Shown here in pieces: positions 54,967 to 64,000 of a stretch of 64,000 bases of DNA. Where the stretch lies: positions 836,634 to 900,633 of the forward strand of contig CBDDLB010000004.1 of NCBI GenBank assembly GCA_965230435.1. The letters run 5' to 3'. Made by a program: the position numbers and the translations under genes. Each line of letters begins with the position of its first letter. Position 1 is the stretch's first letter. The stretch is from Bacteroidales bacterium (GTDB lineage: Bacteria; Bacteroidota; Bacteroidia; Bacteroidales; JBDKHP01). The notes below the pieces were generated by a model. It did not search any database. It was given only the letters and a program-made list of their open reading frames with translations, and was not told the DNA's origin.

Positions 54967-57099
54967 TTAGTTGATAAATAGAAGTTTGAGTACTTCTCTT
55001 TCTTCGCCCTCCGCTCCTGTTAGAAAAATGAAATATACCCCTGATGCAACCCGTTCGCCTCTCATGTTTTTGCCATTCCATGTTGCCTGCCCTCCTATGC
55101 TTTGGGTTTCAAAAACAAGTTTTCCGGCAGTGTCAGCAATCTTCACCTCGGTGTCTGTCATTAGCCCTGTAATAGTAATGTTTCCAGTGTATTCAGGTCG
55201 TACTGGATTGGGGTAAATATAAGCATCTCCAAAGCTGATTTTGCCTTCTATCGATTCTGTTCTGTAAGAGACGAGACCTTTGGGAGTACTGATAAACAGT
55301 TCGCCTGATAAGTTATCAATAGCGAGATGTGTTATTTCATTGCTGAGCAAAGGTGAATTATTGCTGGTGAAATTCCTTAAAATTTGATTACCATCAGCCG
55401 ATAGAAGAAACAACCCAGCCCTTCTTGTTCCGATCCATTTTCTGTTGCCACCATCTACAGCAATGCAGGTTATAATATTATCCTTTAAAAGGTAGTTTGC
55501 TTCTTCATTTTCCTCTACTATGGCTCGATAGGCAATGGGAGCACCTTCTGTATAAAAAACAGAAGCCGGATTTGGGTAATAAAACAGTCCATTGTTGGAA
55601 CCGCACCAAATAATGGATTCTTTATCAAGAGACAGACAATTAATGACAGGGCTTAATGTTTTGCTATCTTCGTCTATTGCAGAGAAACTCTTGTGTTTAA
55701 TTTCAGTGTTGTTTTCGTTATAAACATGGATTTTGCCATTAACTAACATCCATTTATCCTCGGATGGTAATAAAAGCAATTGGCTTATGTTTAAATTGCT
55801 AAGTCCGGGGTCTGTAAATTTTCTTTGTTCTCCGTTTGGGTCTATTGATAGAAGCTGAAAATCTGTTCCTCTGTTGGACACCCAAATTTTCCCTAGGACA
55901 TCAGCTTGTATATCAGTGAAGTTGCCAACAGCGATTTCTTCTAACGTTTCCTGTTGTTTTTTGTAGAGTTTGCCTTCAGAGGAAATAAGCCATGTCTCAT
56001 TTGATACTTTGGATGGCAAGGCTTTAAGGTATGAATTCTCGTTTGTCCACCATTGTTCCTCGTTGAAGCTCTGAGCGAAGTCTGTACCAGTTATCCAAAC
56101 AGTACTGTTGTAGCTATGGAGGCTATTTAAAACATCACTTTTAGGGCTTCTTAGGTCAACAGAATTACCATTCAATAGAAGACCTTCATTTCCTGCCTGT
56201 AGCAGATCGCCAGAAAGGAAACTTCCTATTGAGGAGCGTTCTGTTGTGGTTTGAGAAACTTCGTTTATCTCCCCATTTTTATTTATGCTGAAACCTTTGT
56301 TTCCGCTACAAAAGAATAATTTGTCATTACTTTGGTTGATGCTATTTATAGTTTCCGTTGCAGTATAGGCTACAGACCAATTGTCTGATAAATAGCTGTA
56401 TAGTGTATTTGACTCATCTGTAGTCACACCAAATATTTTATTGCCAAGCGATTCTAGTTTATTGAATTTTCTATTGTCAAGTCTTCGCCAATTAGCAAAG
56501 TCCATTAGGTTTTGCCCATCTAGTTCACCTTTTAGTATGCCCCTTTCTGTAGCTGCCCAAATAGCATTTTGTTCTTTGTGAAAGATAATGTCATAGACAG
56601 CAATTTCTTCCCCGGTTTCACCTAAGAAATAGGTTTCCTTGACTTCCCTTCTTTGAAGATCGATGTGCAACACACCAAAATTTGTAGCTAAATATGCACT
56701 TTGATTTATAAATGCACAATCAAAAAAATGTGTCTCCCCTACCCTTTTTTCTTTTACAGATTTTATTGAATAGATTTTATTTTTAAAAATCAGATCGATT
56801 ATCCCTGAAGAAAATGTAAAAATCCCCACTTTGTTTTCTTCGGAATATGCTGCCAGATTGAGGCCATTATCGCTCAGTCCGTTTATCTTGGAGTAGAGCT
56901 GAAAATTACCATCACTATTGTAGACAAGTGCCGCATTTTCTGCGGCACAAAACGCTGTGTTGCCATTTATAGACATGCTCACAATTTGGCCATATGAAGG
57001 GAATGCACGCCAATCTCCTATTTTTGTCTGAGCTTGAATAAGCAGCCCCAGCAAGAGTAAATATGCAAATGCTGTTGTTTTGAAAAAGATAATCTTCAT
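54967..57099 (-). CDS. Beta-propeller (two-component-regulator-propeller-like) protein with T9SS C-terminal domain; PorZ-like
   Basis: Signal peptide MKIIFFKTTAFAYLLLLGLLIQAQ and repeated propeller-like segments. C-terminus YIYPNPVRPEYTGNITITGL...GVYFIFLTG...LKLLFIN is T9SS CTD-like. Confidence 0.6.
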   Translation of the reverse strand: MKIIFFKTTAFAYLLLLGLLIQAQTKIGDWRAFPSYGQIVSMSINGNTAFCAAENAALVYNSDGNFQLYSKINGLSDNGLNLAAYSEENKVGIFTFSSGIIDLIFKNKIYSIKSVKEKRVGETHFFDCAFINQSAYLATNFGVLHIDLQRREVKETYFLGETGEEIAVYDIIFHKEQNAIWAATERGILKGELDGQNLMDFANWRRLDNRKFNKLESLGNKIFGVTTDESNTLYSYLSDNWSVAYTATETINSINQSNDKLFFCSGNKGFSINKNGEINEVSQTTTERSSIGSFLSGDLLQAGNEGLLLNGNSVDLRSPKSDVLNSLHSYNSTVWITGTDFAQSFNEEQWWTNENSYLKALPSKVSNETWLISSEGKLYKKQQETLEEIAVGNFTDIQADVLGKIWVSNRGTDFQLLSIDPNGEQRKFTDPGLSNLNISQLLLLPSEDKWMLVNGKIHVYNENNTEIKHKSFSAIDEDSKTLSPVINCLSLDKESIIWCGSNNGLFYYPNPASVFYTEGAPIAYRAIVEENEEANYLLKDNIITCIAVDGGNRKWIGTRRAGLFLLSADGNQILRNFTSNNSPLLSNEITHLAIDNLSGELFISTPKGLVSYRTESIEGKISFGDAYIYPNPVRPEYTGNITITGLMTDTEVKIADTAGKLVFETQSIGGQATWNGKNMRGERVASGVYFIFLTGAEGEEREVLKLLFIN

Positions 57100-57237
57100 T
57101 GGTTCGAAATTTCTTAGAAAAAGTTTTGGTGTGCACTGAAACATCATAATAGACTATGCTGACAATAATTGAACAACTGATCAAGTGAATTCAATTATTG
57201 GTGAGCAAGGTGTGCATGAGTTATAGCAACACTTAAA

Positions 57238-57813
57238 TTATATCTGTTTAAGGTGATCGATAAATTTACGGACAGCTCTGCCACGGTGACTGATTTCGTT
57301 CTTGGCATCAGCTGGCATTTCTGCAAATGTTGTAGGTAAATTTTCTGGGTAGAAAACTGGATCGTAGCCAAAACCATCTGTTCCACGTGCAACATTTCCT
57401 ATTTTGCCCTCTACAACTCCTTCGAAATAATACTCTTGCCCTTCCGAAATAAACGCGATTACGGTACGGAATTGTGCTTTTCTGTTTTCTTTACTTTTTA
57501 GTTCCTGTATAAGCTTTGCTATGTTTGCTGCTGAGTTTTTGTCTTCTCCTGCGTAGCGAGCAGAATAAACGCCAGGTGCTCCGTTTAGTGCTTCAACTTC
57601 TAGCCCTGTGTCGTCAGCAAAAACGGCCAGCTGTTTGCGTTCCCAGACATACTTGGCTTTTGCCATGGCATTTTCTTCAAGAGTTTCGTAAGGCTCTGGA
57701 ATATCTTCTGTTATACCAATTTCGGCAAGGGTTACAATCTCGTGGCGGTTGCCGACAATTTGTTGGATTTCCCTCGCCTTGTTTGTGTTGTTGGTTGCAA
57801 ATACGATTTTCAT
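57238..57813 (-). CDS. rdgB: dITP/XTP pyrophosphatase (Ham1/RdgB family)
   Basis: MKIVFATNNTNKAREIQ..., FADDTGLEVEALNGAPGVYSARYAG and GFGYDPVF. Start trimmed to the internal ATG. Confidence 0.9.
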   Translation of the reverse strand: MKIVFATNNTNKAREIQQIVGNRHEIVTLAEIGITEDIPEPYETLEENAMAKAKYVWERKQLAVFADDTGLEVEALNGAPGVYSARYAGEDKNSAANIAKLIQELKSKENRKAQFRTVIAFISEGQEYYFEGVVEGKIGNVARGTDGFGYDPVFYPENLPTTFAEMPADAKNEISHRGRAVRKFIDHLKQI

Positions 57814-58112
57814 GGTATACTTATGTTCTAAGTTTTCACTGTTATAGTTCTTCGTTACAAAGTTATAGCTTGATTGGTTATCTGTATGAAAAAACATGGA
57901 TTTGTTTTGAATCTGGTAAATAGTTCTGAATTGTTAAAGCAGTATTTTTTAACTAGGTAGTACTTTTTTTACTATTGTGGTGTAACATTTACGGTATGTT
58001 TGTAGTCAGTTTACTTTGCCCTACCTAGATCAGGTTGTTTTGAAATATGATTTTTAAATGATTATTCCTGTAGGATAAAGCAAAAATTACTTCACCAATA
58101 AAGACATAGCAG

Positions 58113-61100
58113 ATGAAGAAACTATTCTTAAACTTATTCTTTTTTCTCACTATTGCGAGTGTTTCCCATGCACAGTTGGGCATTCCGCAATCGGAACACG
58201 ACGCGCTCGTGAACTTCTACAATGCCGCAGGTGGTGGCAGTTGGAACAACAACACAAATTGGCTTTCGGATGAACCAGTGTCGACCTGGTACGGTGTTAC
58301 GGTCGCAGATGGTCATGTAACGGAGATCATTATGCAGGACAACAATCTGGTTGGACATCTGACAGACCAGATCGGAGCACTTACTGAGTTGACCTTTCTT
58401 CAAGTATCCGCCAATAAGCTTTCTGGGGAGCTTCCGTCGCAGATCGGAGCGCTGACCAAGCTGAAAGGTCTATTGTTGCAGTACAACCAGTTTACGGGGG
58501 AATTGCCATCAGTAGTGTGGACACTTAAGGATCTGGAGAAACTATACCTTTCAGTGAACAGTTTCACAGGGCAAATCCCCAAAGAGCTAGGCAATCTATC
58601 GAAATTGGTTTGGCTGTTTCTAGATGTGAATAAGTTTTCGGGGCAACTGCCAGATGAGTTGGGGCAACTGACAAACTTGACTCACTTGTTGCTAGATGAT
58701 AATAATGAATTTACTTATCTGCCTGACTTATCCGCACTTGATAAACTTGAATATTTCCAGGTAGATCGTAATGCTTTTACATTTGAGGATCTTATTCGTG
58801 CAAATACGAAGGCATCAGTACGTTTTAGGTATCAACCACAGGACAAATTTCACCTTGGGGTGGAAACTGAATTGTACAGTACCAAGCTTTCTGTTGCGTT
58901 TGACGCTCCCGGAGCCACATACTCATGGTATCGGAACGGGATTGTTATTGAAGGAGCATCGGCTGCTACTTTCTTTGTAGATGGTTTCAATTCTGGTAGT
59001 TATTACTGCAAAGTTACGCACCCTAAATATCCAGATCTGGCGTTGATATCGGAATCAGTTAAGGTGGATCAGAAGCAGAAGATTCCACAGGCGGAACGTG
59101 ATGCACTTGTGAGCTTTTACAATGCCGCTGGTGGTGACAATTGGTATAACAACACGAATTGGCTTTCGGAAGAACCTGTATCAAGCTGGTACGGCATTAC
59201 GGTCACGAATGGTCATGTATCGGAGATTATTATGCAGGACAACAATTTGGTCGGTCATCTGACAGACAAGATCGGTATGCTTACTGACCTGACCTTTCTT
59301 CAGGTATCCGCCAATAAGCTTTCAGGGAAACTTCCCCCTCAGATCGGTTCCCTGACCAAACTTAAGGGACTCCTGCTAAACTACAATCAGTTCTCGGGTG
59401 AACTGCCAGCTGAAGTATGGACGCTCACCAATCTTGAGAAGCTGTATCTTTCAGTGAACAAGTTCACAGGACAGATTCCCAGAGAACTGGGGAACCTATC
59501 CAAACTGGTGTGGCTGTTCCTTGATGTGAATGAATTTTCTGGCCCTCTACCAGAAGAACTGGGACAGCTAACAGGTCTAACACACTTGTTGGTGGATGAC
59601 AACGATAACTTCACCTACCTTCCAGATCTGTCTGCACTGGACAAACTTGAGTACTTTCAGGTAGACCGTAACGCGTTCACCTTCGAGGATCTTATTCGTG
59701 CCAATACACAGGCATCGGTGCGCTACAGATACCATTCTCAGGCTAAATTCAGCCTAATTCAGACAACAAGCCAGCGTAGTACTGAGCTTTCGGTACCGTT
59801 TACGGCACCTGGTGCCACATACTCATGGTACAGGGATGGAGTGCCCATTGAAGGGGTATCCGTTGCCACTTTTACTGTTGAGGACAGCAATTCTGACAGT
59901 TATCACTGTGAGGTTGCCCATCCTGATTATCCTGAACTGACACTGACTTCGGAGACTGTAACAGTGGAATGGCTGTTGGATATTCCACTGTTGGAATATG
60001 ATGCGCTGGTGAGCTTTTACAACGCAGCTGGAGGAGACGACTGGTACACCAACACGAATTGGCTCAGTAAAGAACCTGTATCGACTTGGTATGGTATTAC
60101 GGTTACTAACGGCCATGTGACAGGTATCGAGCTTAAGAACAATAATCTTAAGGGGAGCATAACCGATCAGATTGGAGCCTTCACGGAATTGACAAATCTA
60201 CAGGTGCATTATAACGGGCTTTCTGGCGAACTGCCGCCGAAGATCGGTGCACTGACCAAGCTTCGTACTATGTATCTGCAATACAACGCTTTCTCTGGGG
60301 AGCTTCCTGCTGAAGTGTGGACGCTCACCTCTCTGGAGCACTTGTACCTTTCAGTGAACAAATTTACAGGACAGATACCAAAGGAATTGGGCAATCTGAG
60401 CAAACTGACGAGGTTGTTACTTGACGCGAACAAGTTTTCTGGTCAGCTTCCTGATGAACTGGGTCAGCTGACCGACCTGGAGCATCTTATGCTGAACAAC
60501 AACGATAACTTAACTTACCTTCCGGATTTGTCTGCACTGGATAAACTTGAGCAGGTGCAACTGGATCGTAATGCGTTCACCTTCGAGGATCTTGTACGAG
60601 CCAATGTAAAAGCTTCGAAGAAATTTAGATATAGTCCACAGGCTGAATTTGAATTGATTCAGGACAATAATAATACTGAAACTGTATTATCTCTTCCCTT
60701 TGAATCGACAGGTTGTTCGTCATCTTGGTTTAGGGACAATGAACAATTGAACACAGAAACAGTTAGTAACCTTAAACTAAATACCAATGAATATGGTGAT
60801 TTCCATGTAACGGTTTCAAATGCAGATTTTCCAGATTTTTTTTTGCGTTCTAAAAAGGCCACAGTGCTAAACGGTTATCTGCAAATAAATAGTTTAGAGG
60901 CCGATTTTAATCATACAGTTTTTCCAAATCCTACGACAGGTCGAGTGACTATAACGTCCGATGTTTTTTCTATGCATGAAGAAAAGGATTTGTCGATTTA
61001 TCTTTTTGACAATCAAGGAAAGGTAGAGAAATGTAAACTGGAACGACTTGATGCCAGAACGTATTCTGTTAATCTTGAAAATGCAGAACCAGGAGTACAT

Positions 61101-61163
61101 TTTCTTAGTGTAAGAATAGAAAAACAGCATGCAAAAATTGCACGGATTGTAATTCTCAAATAG
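58113..61163 (+). CDS. Secreted leucine-rich-repeat protein (three 300-aa modules of plant-type LRRs) with T9SS C-terminal domain
   Basis: Signal peptide. Each module has a cap (ALVNFYNAAGG..W.NNTNWLS.EPVS.WYG), 24-residue LRRs of the type L..L..L.L..N.FSG.LP.E.G, and an Ig-like segment. C-terminus VFPNPTTGRVTITS...GVHFLSVRIE is T9SS CTD-like. Confidence 0.88.
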   Translation: MKKLFLNLFFFLTIASVSHAQLGIPQSEHDALVNFYNAAGGGSWNNNTNWLSDEPVSTWYGVTVADGHVTEIIMQDNNLVGHLTDQIGALTELTFLQVSANKLSGELPSQIGALTKLKGLLLQYNQFTGELPSVVWTLKDLEKLYLSVNSFTGQIPKELGNLSKLVWLFLDVNKFSGQLPDELGQLTNLTHLLLDDNNEFTYLPDLSALDKLEYFQVDRNAFTFEDLIRANTKASVRFRYQPQDKFHLGVETELYSTKLSVAFDAPGATYSWYRNGIVIEGASAATFFVDGFNSGSYYCKVTHPKYPDLALISESVKVDQKQKIPQAERDALVSFYNAAGGDNWYNNTNWLSEEPVSSWYGITVTNGHVSEIIMQDNNLVGHLTDKIGMLTDLTFLQVSANKLSGKLPPQIGSLTKLKGLLLNYNQFSGELPAEVWTLTNLEKLYLSVNKFTGQIPRELGNLSKLVWLFLDVNEFSGPLPEELGQLTGLTHLLVDDNDNFTYLPDLSALDKLEYFQVDRNAFTFEDLIRANTQASVRYRYHSQAKFSLIQTTSQRSTELSVPFTAPGATYSWYRDGVPIEGVSVATFTVEDSNSDSYHCEVAHPDYPELTLTSETVTVEWLLDIPLLEYDALVSFYNAAGGDDWYTNTNWLSKEPVSTWYGITVTNGHVTGIELKNNNLKGSITDQIGAFTELTNLQVHYNGLSGELPPKIGALTKLRTMYLQYNAFSGELPAEVWTLTSLEHLYLSVNKFTGQIPKELGNLSKLTRLLLDANKFSGQLPDELGQLTDLEHLMLNNNDNLTYLPDLSALDKLEQVQLDRNAFTFEDLVRANVKASKKFRYSPQAEFELIQDNNNTETVLSLPFESTGCSSSWFRDNEQLNTETVSNLKLNTNEYGDFHVTVSNADFPDFFLRSKKATVLNGYLQINSLEADFNHTVFPNPTTGRVTITSDVFSMHEEKDLSIYLFDNQGKVEKCKLERLDARTYSVNLENAEPGVHFLSVRIEKQHAKIARIVILK
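58182..60881 (+). repeat. Three tandem 900-bp coding repeats inside the LRR gene
   Basis: Unit starts attccgcaatcggaacacgac (58182), attccacaggcggaacgtgat (59082) and attccactgttggaatatgat (59982) are spaced exactly 900 bp apart. Confidence 0.9.
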
Positions 61164-61429
61164 ATTTAAGAGGTAGGTAAGAAATATTTCGTAAAGTCTT
61201 CAATATAGAGCGTGAGATGTATAAGATAAGATTCAAAAAATTATAGTATAACGCGAAACGAAATTATTGTTTGCACCTTACCAAAGTAGGCGAACCTTAT
61301 GTTTGCCTGCTTTTTACCTCTTTTAGAAGTTAGTTATAAGCAAAATTAAACCCGTCAATAAAAGAAAAATGGATCCACTATTTTTGTATCTTGCTTTTGT
61401 TTCAAAAAAAGAACAAAAGAGGAATTCCT

Positions 61430-62167
61430 ATGAATATAGATGCATTTTTCAAACTATCATATGGCCTTTATATCGTAGCTGCAAGAAATAAACAAGGCCT
61501 CCTGAACGGACATATCAACAATACCTGTTTTCAGATTACATCCGATCCCCCTCAGTTTGCAGTTTCCATTAATAAAGATAATCTCACAGCAGATTATGTT
61601 AAGGAAAACGGTGCTTTTTGCATTAGTATTCTGCATGATAAAGTAGATCCGGATATTATCAAAACATTTGGGTTCAAATCGGGTCGGGACACGAATAAAT
61701 TTGAAAAGGTCGATTTTGAACTTGGGAAGAGCGGTGCCCCTATTGTGAAAGAACACGTTGCTGCTTTTATCGAGTGCAAAGTTGTGCAGGAAATTGAAGT
61801 CGATACACATATCCTTTTTATTGGGAAGGCGTTAAATGCAGATGTGATCGACACTGAAGCTGTAGCTATTACCTACGAGCGTTATCGCAATGAGATAAAG
61901 GGAAGGGCTCCGAAAAATGCACCAACTTTTTATAGTAAAAAACTAAAGGAGAAGTTAGAGAAAGAATTGACCGAAGCGACACCCCCCTTAAATATCAATC
62001 GGAATATGAAAAAATGGATATGCAACGATTGTGGCTGGGAATATGACCCCGAAGTTGGAGATCCTGAAAATGGGATTGCTCCAGGTACTCCATTTGAAGA
62101 TTTGCCAGATGATTGGGAATGCCCAGATTGTGGAGCACCTAAAGAGAACTTTGAACCCGTAGAGTAA
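61430..62167 (+). CDS. Flavin reductase-like domain fused to a C-terminal rubredoxin
   Basis: N-terminus [26 protein letters not shown] is flavin-reductase-like. C-terminus [43 protein letters not shown] has the rubredoxin CxxC...CPxC motifs. Confidence 0.85.
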   Translation: MNIDAFFKLSYGLYIVAARNKQGLLNGHINNTCFQITSDPPQFAVSINKDNLTADYVKENGAFCISILHDKVDPDIIKTFGFKSGRDTNKFEKVDFELGKSGAPIVKEHVAAFIECKVVQEIEVDTHILFIGKALNADVIDTEAVAITYERYRNEIKGRAPKNAPTFYSKKLKEKLEKELTEATPPLNINRNMKKWICNDCGWEYDPEVGDPENGIAPGTPFEDLPDDWECPDCGAPKENFEPVE

Positions 62168-62188
62168 CAGAACGCGCAATGTAAACTG

Positions 62189-62228
62189 AAGCTGGTGTGA
62201 GACAATCTTATACCAGCTTTTTATTTTA
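62189..62228 (+). terminator. Rho-independent terminator
   Basis: aagctggt(gt) / (at)accagctt stem followed by tttttatttt. Confidence 0.7.
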
Positions 62229-62397
62229 TAGAAGGCGTTGCAAACTTTCGGTTTAAAAGTTAGTTTTGTTTTTCAGCTTCGATACAGAGAAAGATCATTG
62301 TCTGTAGTTCCAGTTTATAAGCTTTTTGATTGGTAAAAGCCGCATTGTTTCATCCTAATTTCAAAGAAGAAGCAAGTATGGCAGAAAAAATATCCAA

Positions 62398-63351
62398 ATG
62401 AATATACCAGAAATATTTAAACAAAAAAAAGAGACACAATTCTCATTTGAAATACTTCCTCCTTTAAAAGGAAAAAGCATTGACCAGTTATATCCTGCTA
62501 TTGACCCTTTAATGGAGTTCAAGCCATCTTATATCAATATAACGGCTCATCGTGAACAACTTGAGTATAAAAAGCTAGCTAATGGGCTTATTGAAGAACG
62601 GATTGTAAGAAAGCGCCCAGGAAATGTTGCTATTGCTGGAGCTTTGCAGCATAAATATGGAATTCCAGTTGTTCCCCATATTTTATGTGGTGGCTTTACG
62701 AAAAGCGAAACAGAATATGCACTTATTGAGCTTGCATTTTTAGGAATCCGTAACGTGCTTGCCCTACGTGGTGATGCGCTGAAAACAGAAGCAAGCTACA
62801 AGCCCACGCAAGGCGGACATGAACGTACTACTGGTTTGATCAATCAGATTCTTGATTTAGGAAAAGGGAAGTACCTAGATCCGGATTTAGAAAACACTAC
62901 ACCTCTTGAATTTTCAATCGGAGTGGCTGGATATCCAGAGAAGCATTATTCTGCTCCAAATAAGCAGCACGACCTTGAGATGCTGAAGAAAAAAGTTGAT
63001 GCTGGCGCCAACTATATCGTAACACAGATGTTCTTCGATAACCAGAAATATTTTGATTTTGTGAAGGACTGTCGAGAAATAGGAATAGAAGTGCCAATTG
63101 TACCGGGGATTAAACCTTTAGCTGTTAGTTCGCAATTGGAGCGTTTGCCTCAGATTTTTTATATTGATATTCCAGAAGCATTAGCGGCAGAAGTACGTAA
63201 GGCTAAAGATAAGGATGCTGTATATCAGGTTGGTGTAGAATGGGCTATTCAGCAGTCTAAAGAACTTAAGGCGGCGGGTGTGCCTTCTATTCACTTCTAT
63301 ACTATGGGTAAGGCTAAGAATGTTTATCAAATTGCTAAGGAGGTTTTCTAA
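62398..63351 (+). CDS. metF: 5,10-methylenetetrahydrofolate reductase
   Basis: SFEILPPLKG, ALRGD, the AGYPEKH region and a FDNQKYFDF-type segment are typical of MetF. Confidence 0.88.
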   Translation: MNIPEIFKQKKETQFSFEILPPLKGKSIDQLYPAIDPLMEFKPSYINITAHREQLEYKKLANGLIEERIVRKRPGNVAIAGALQHKYGIPVVPHILCGGFTKSETEYALIELAFLGIRNVLALRGDALKTEASYKPTQGGHERTTGLINQILDLGKGKYLDPDLENTTPLEFSIGVAGYPEKHYSAPNKQHDLEMLKKKVDAGANYIVTQMFFDNQKYFDFVKDCREIGIEVPIVPGIKPLAVSSQLERLPQIFYIDIPEALAAEVRKAKDKDAVYQVGVEWAIQQSKELKAAGVPSIHFYTMGKAKNVYQIAKEVF

Positions 63352-63494
63352 ACTAGTTGAAATATGAAAACTGATGGATTTTTATTAATTGTTGCTTCTG
63401 CTTAGATAAATATTAGAAATGAATGACTTAAAATTATTTTTATGTAGTATTCTAGTGGTAGAATGAATTGTTTAATCCAAGAATTGGATATTGA

Positions 63495-63530
63495 AAAGCA
63501 TAAGATAATAACTATCTTATGCTTTTTTAT
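63495..63530 (+). terminator. Rho-independent terminator ~145 nt after metF
   Basis: aagcataagata / tatcttatgctt form a perfect 12-bp stem with a 5-nt loop, followed by ttttatt. Confidence 0.75.
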
Positions 63531-63632
63531 TTACTTTCGTATCTTGCTATTAAACTGCATTTTGTTTAATAGTTTTTGTGTGTAAATACGTTTAATTCTT
63601 CAATATAAATTATTCTATAATAGATTATAAAT

Positions 63633-64000
63633 ATGAACAAATTGTGTTTGTTTGCATGTCTAATATTTGTAGGTCAATTAAGTTTTGCTCAAACTTTTGA
63701 TCAAAGTGAAACAGATAAACTGAAAGATTTTTTGTCGCTGCCATCTAGTGCTGAAGGTAAAAACAATGCAGAAGTATTGCGAATAGGCGATCTTGATGAT
63801 CCATCAAATTGGACTGGAGTAAAATGGGAGAATACGAAAAAAAATAAACGCGCAGTTTCGATTAATTGGAGTCCTGAATTCATGAATCCAAACATGCTTG
63901 CCTTAGCTGACTTTGATGGGGATGGAAAAGATGATATGTTCGTTTCTTCCCCAAGTGGGCCAGAGGGAACAGGCTGGTATGTTTCATTTGGAGCTACTGG
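63633..64000 (+). CDS. Secreted protein, 5' part only (FG-GAP/VCBS-like Asp-Gly motif); continues beyond the window
   Basis: Own translation from ATG 63633: MNKLCLFACLIFVGQLSFAQTFDQSETDKLKDFLSLPS...LADFDGDGKDDMFVSSPSGPEGTGWYVSFGAT, open to the window end. Confidence 0.55.
   Translation, partial: MNKLCLFACLIFVGQLSFAQTFDQSETDKLKDFLSLPSSAEGKNNAEVLRIGDLDDPSNWTGVKWENTKKNKRAVSINWSPEFMNPNMLALADFDGDGKDDMFVSSPSGPEGTGWYVSFGAT

Noticed and set aside
1-64000. Search for intact mobile elements, prophage, integrases, transposases, toxin-antitoxin pairs, or known defence systems beyond the R-M relic
   Set aside because: None of the translated ORFs shows integrase (R..H.xR..Y), DDE transposase, reverse transcriptase, Cas, or common toxin motifs. 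Apart from the Uma2 nuclease and the decayed R-M pair there is no defence-island signature.

Overview
AT-rich chromosomal segment. I infer Bacteroidota from several proteins ending in T9SS-type C-terminal sorting domains, BlaR1(M56)-TonB fusions, a lipoprotein with Cys followed by acidic residues, and TAnnTTTG-like -7 boxes. No rRNA, tRNA, CRISPR array, integrase or transposase was recognised by eye. Main content, left to right: (1) a minus-strand locus (3404-13258) headed by a clear cobalamin riboswitch. It encodes a small polytopic membrane protein, two paralogous secreted cell-surface proteins, a DUF4465-like giant protein, a TonB-dependent receptor and a YncE/DUF5074-like beta-propeller lipoprotein, so it is probably a B12/corrinoid capture system. 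(2) Housekeeping genes rplY, pth and an M16 peptidase. (3) A small XrtF-like exosortase gene preceded by a tiny ORF that is little more than a signal peptide plus a PEP-CTERM-style tail (VPIDGG, TM helix, RKLK). A hairpin/T-run terminator separates the two. I rate this the most interesting candidate for an undescribed system. (4) A TlpA-like thiol-disulfide oxidoreductase and a flavodoxin/ferredoxin membrane protein. (5) A tandem segmental duplication of a blaR1-TonB gene downstream of blaI, with operator-like dyads. (6) A Uma2 nuclease, a decayed tail-fibre-like gene, and the biotin cluster bioB-[structured 0.5-kb spacer]-bioA-bioF-bioG-bioC, with no bioD. (7) A decayed restriction-modification pair. 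(8) pcm, an ECF sigma/anti-sigma pair and an orphan methyl-accepting chemotaxis protein. (9) sdaA, a glycosyltransferase, a polymerase-like membrane protein, HAD, lspA, a dksA-like gene, a two-component system, recO, a PorZ-like T9SS propeller protein and rdgB. (10) A 1016-aa plant-type LRR protein built from three exact 900-bp tandem units, a flavin-reductase/rubredoxin fusion and metF. All functional calls rest on motif recognition from the translated ORFs; no database search was run.
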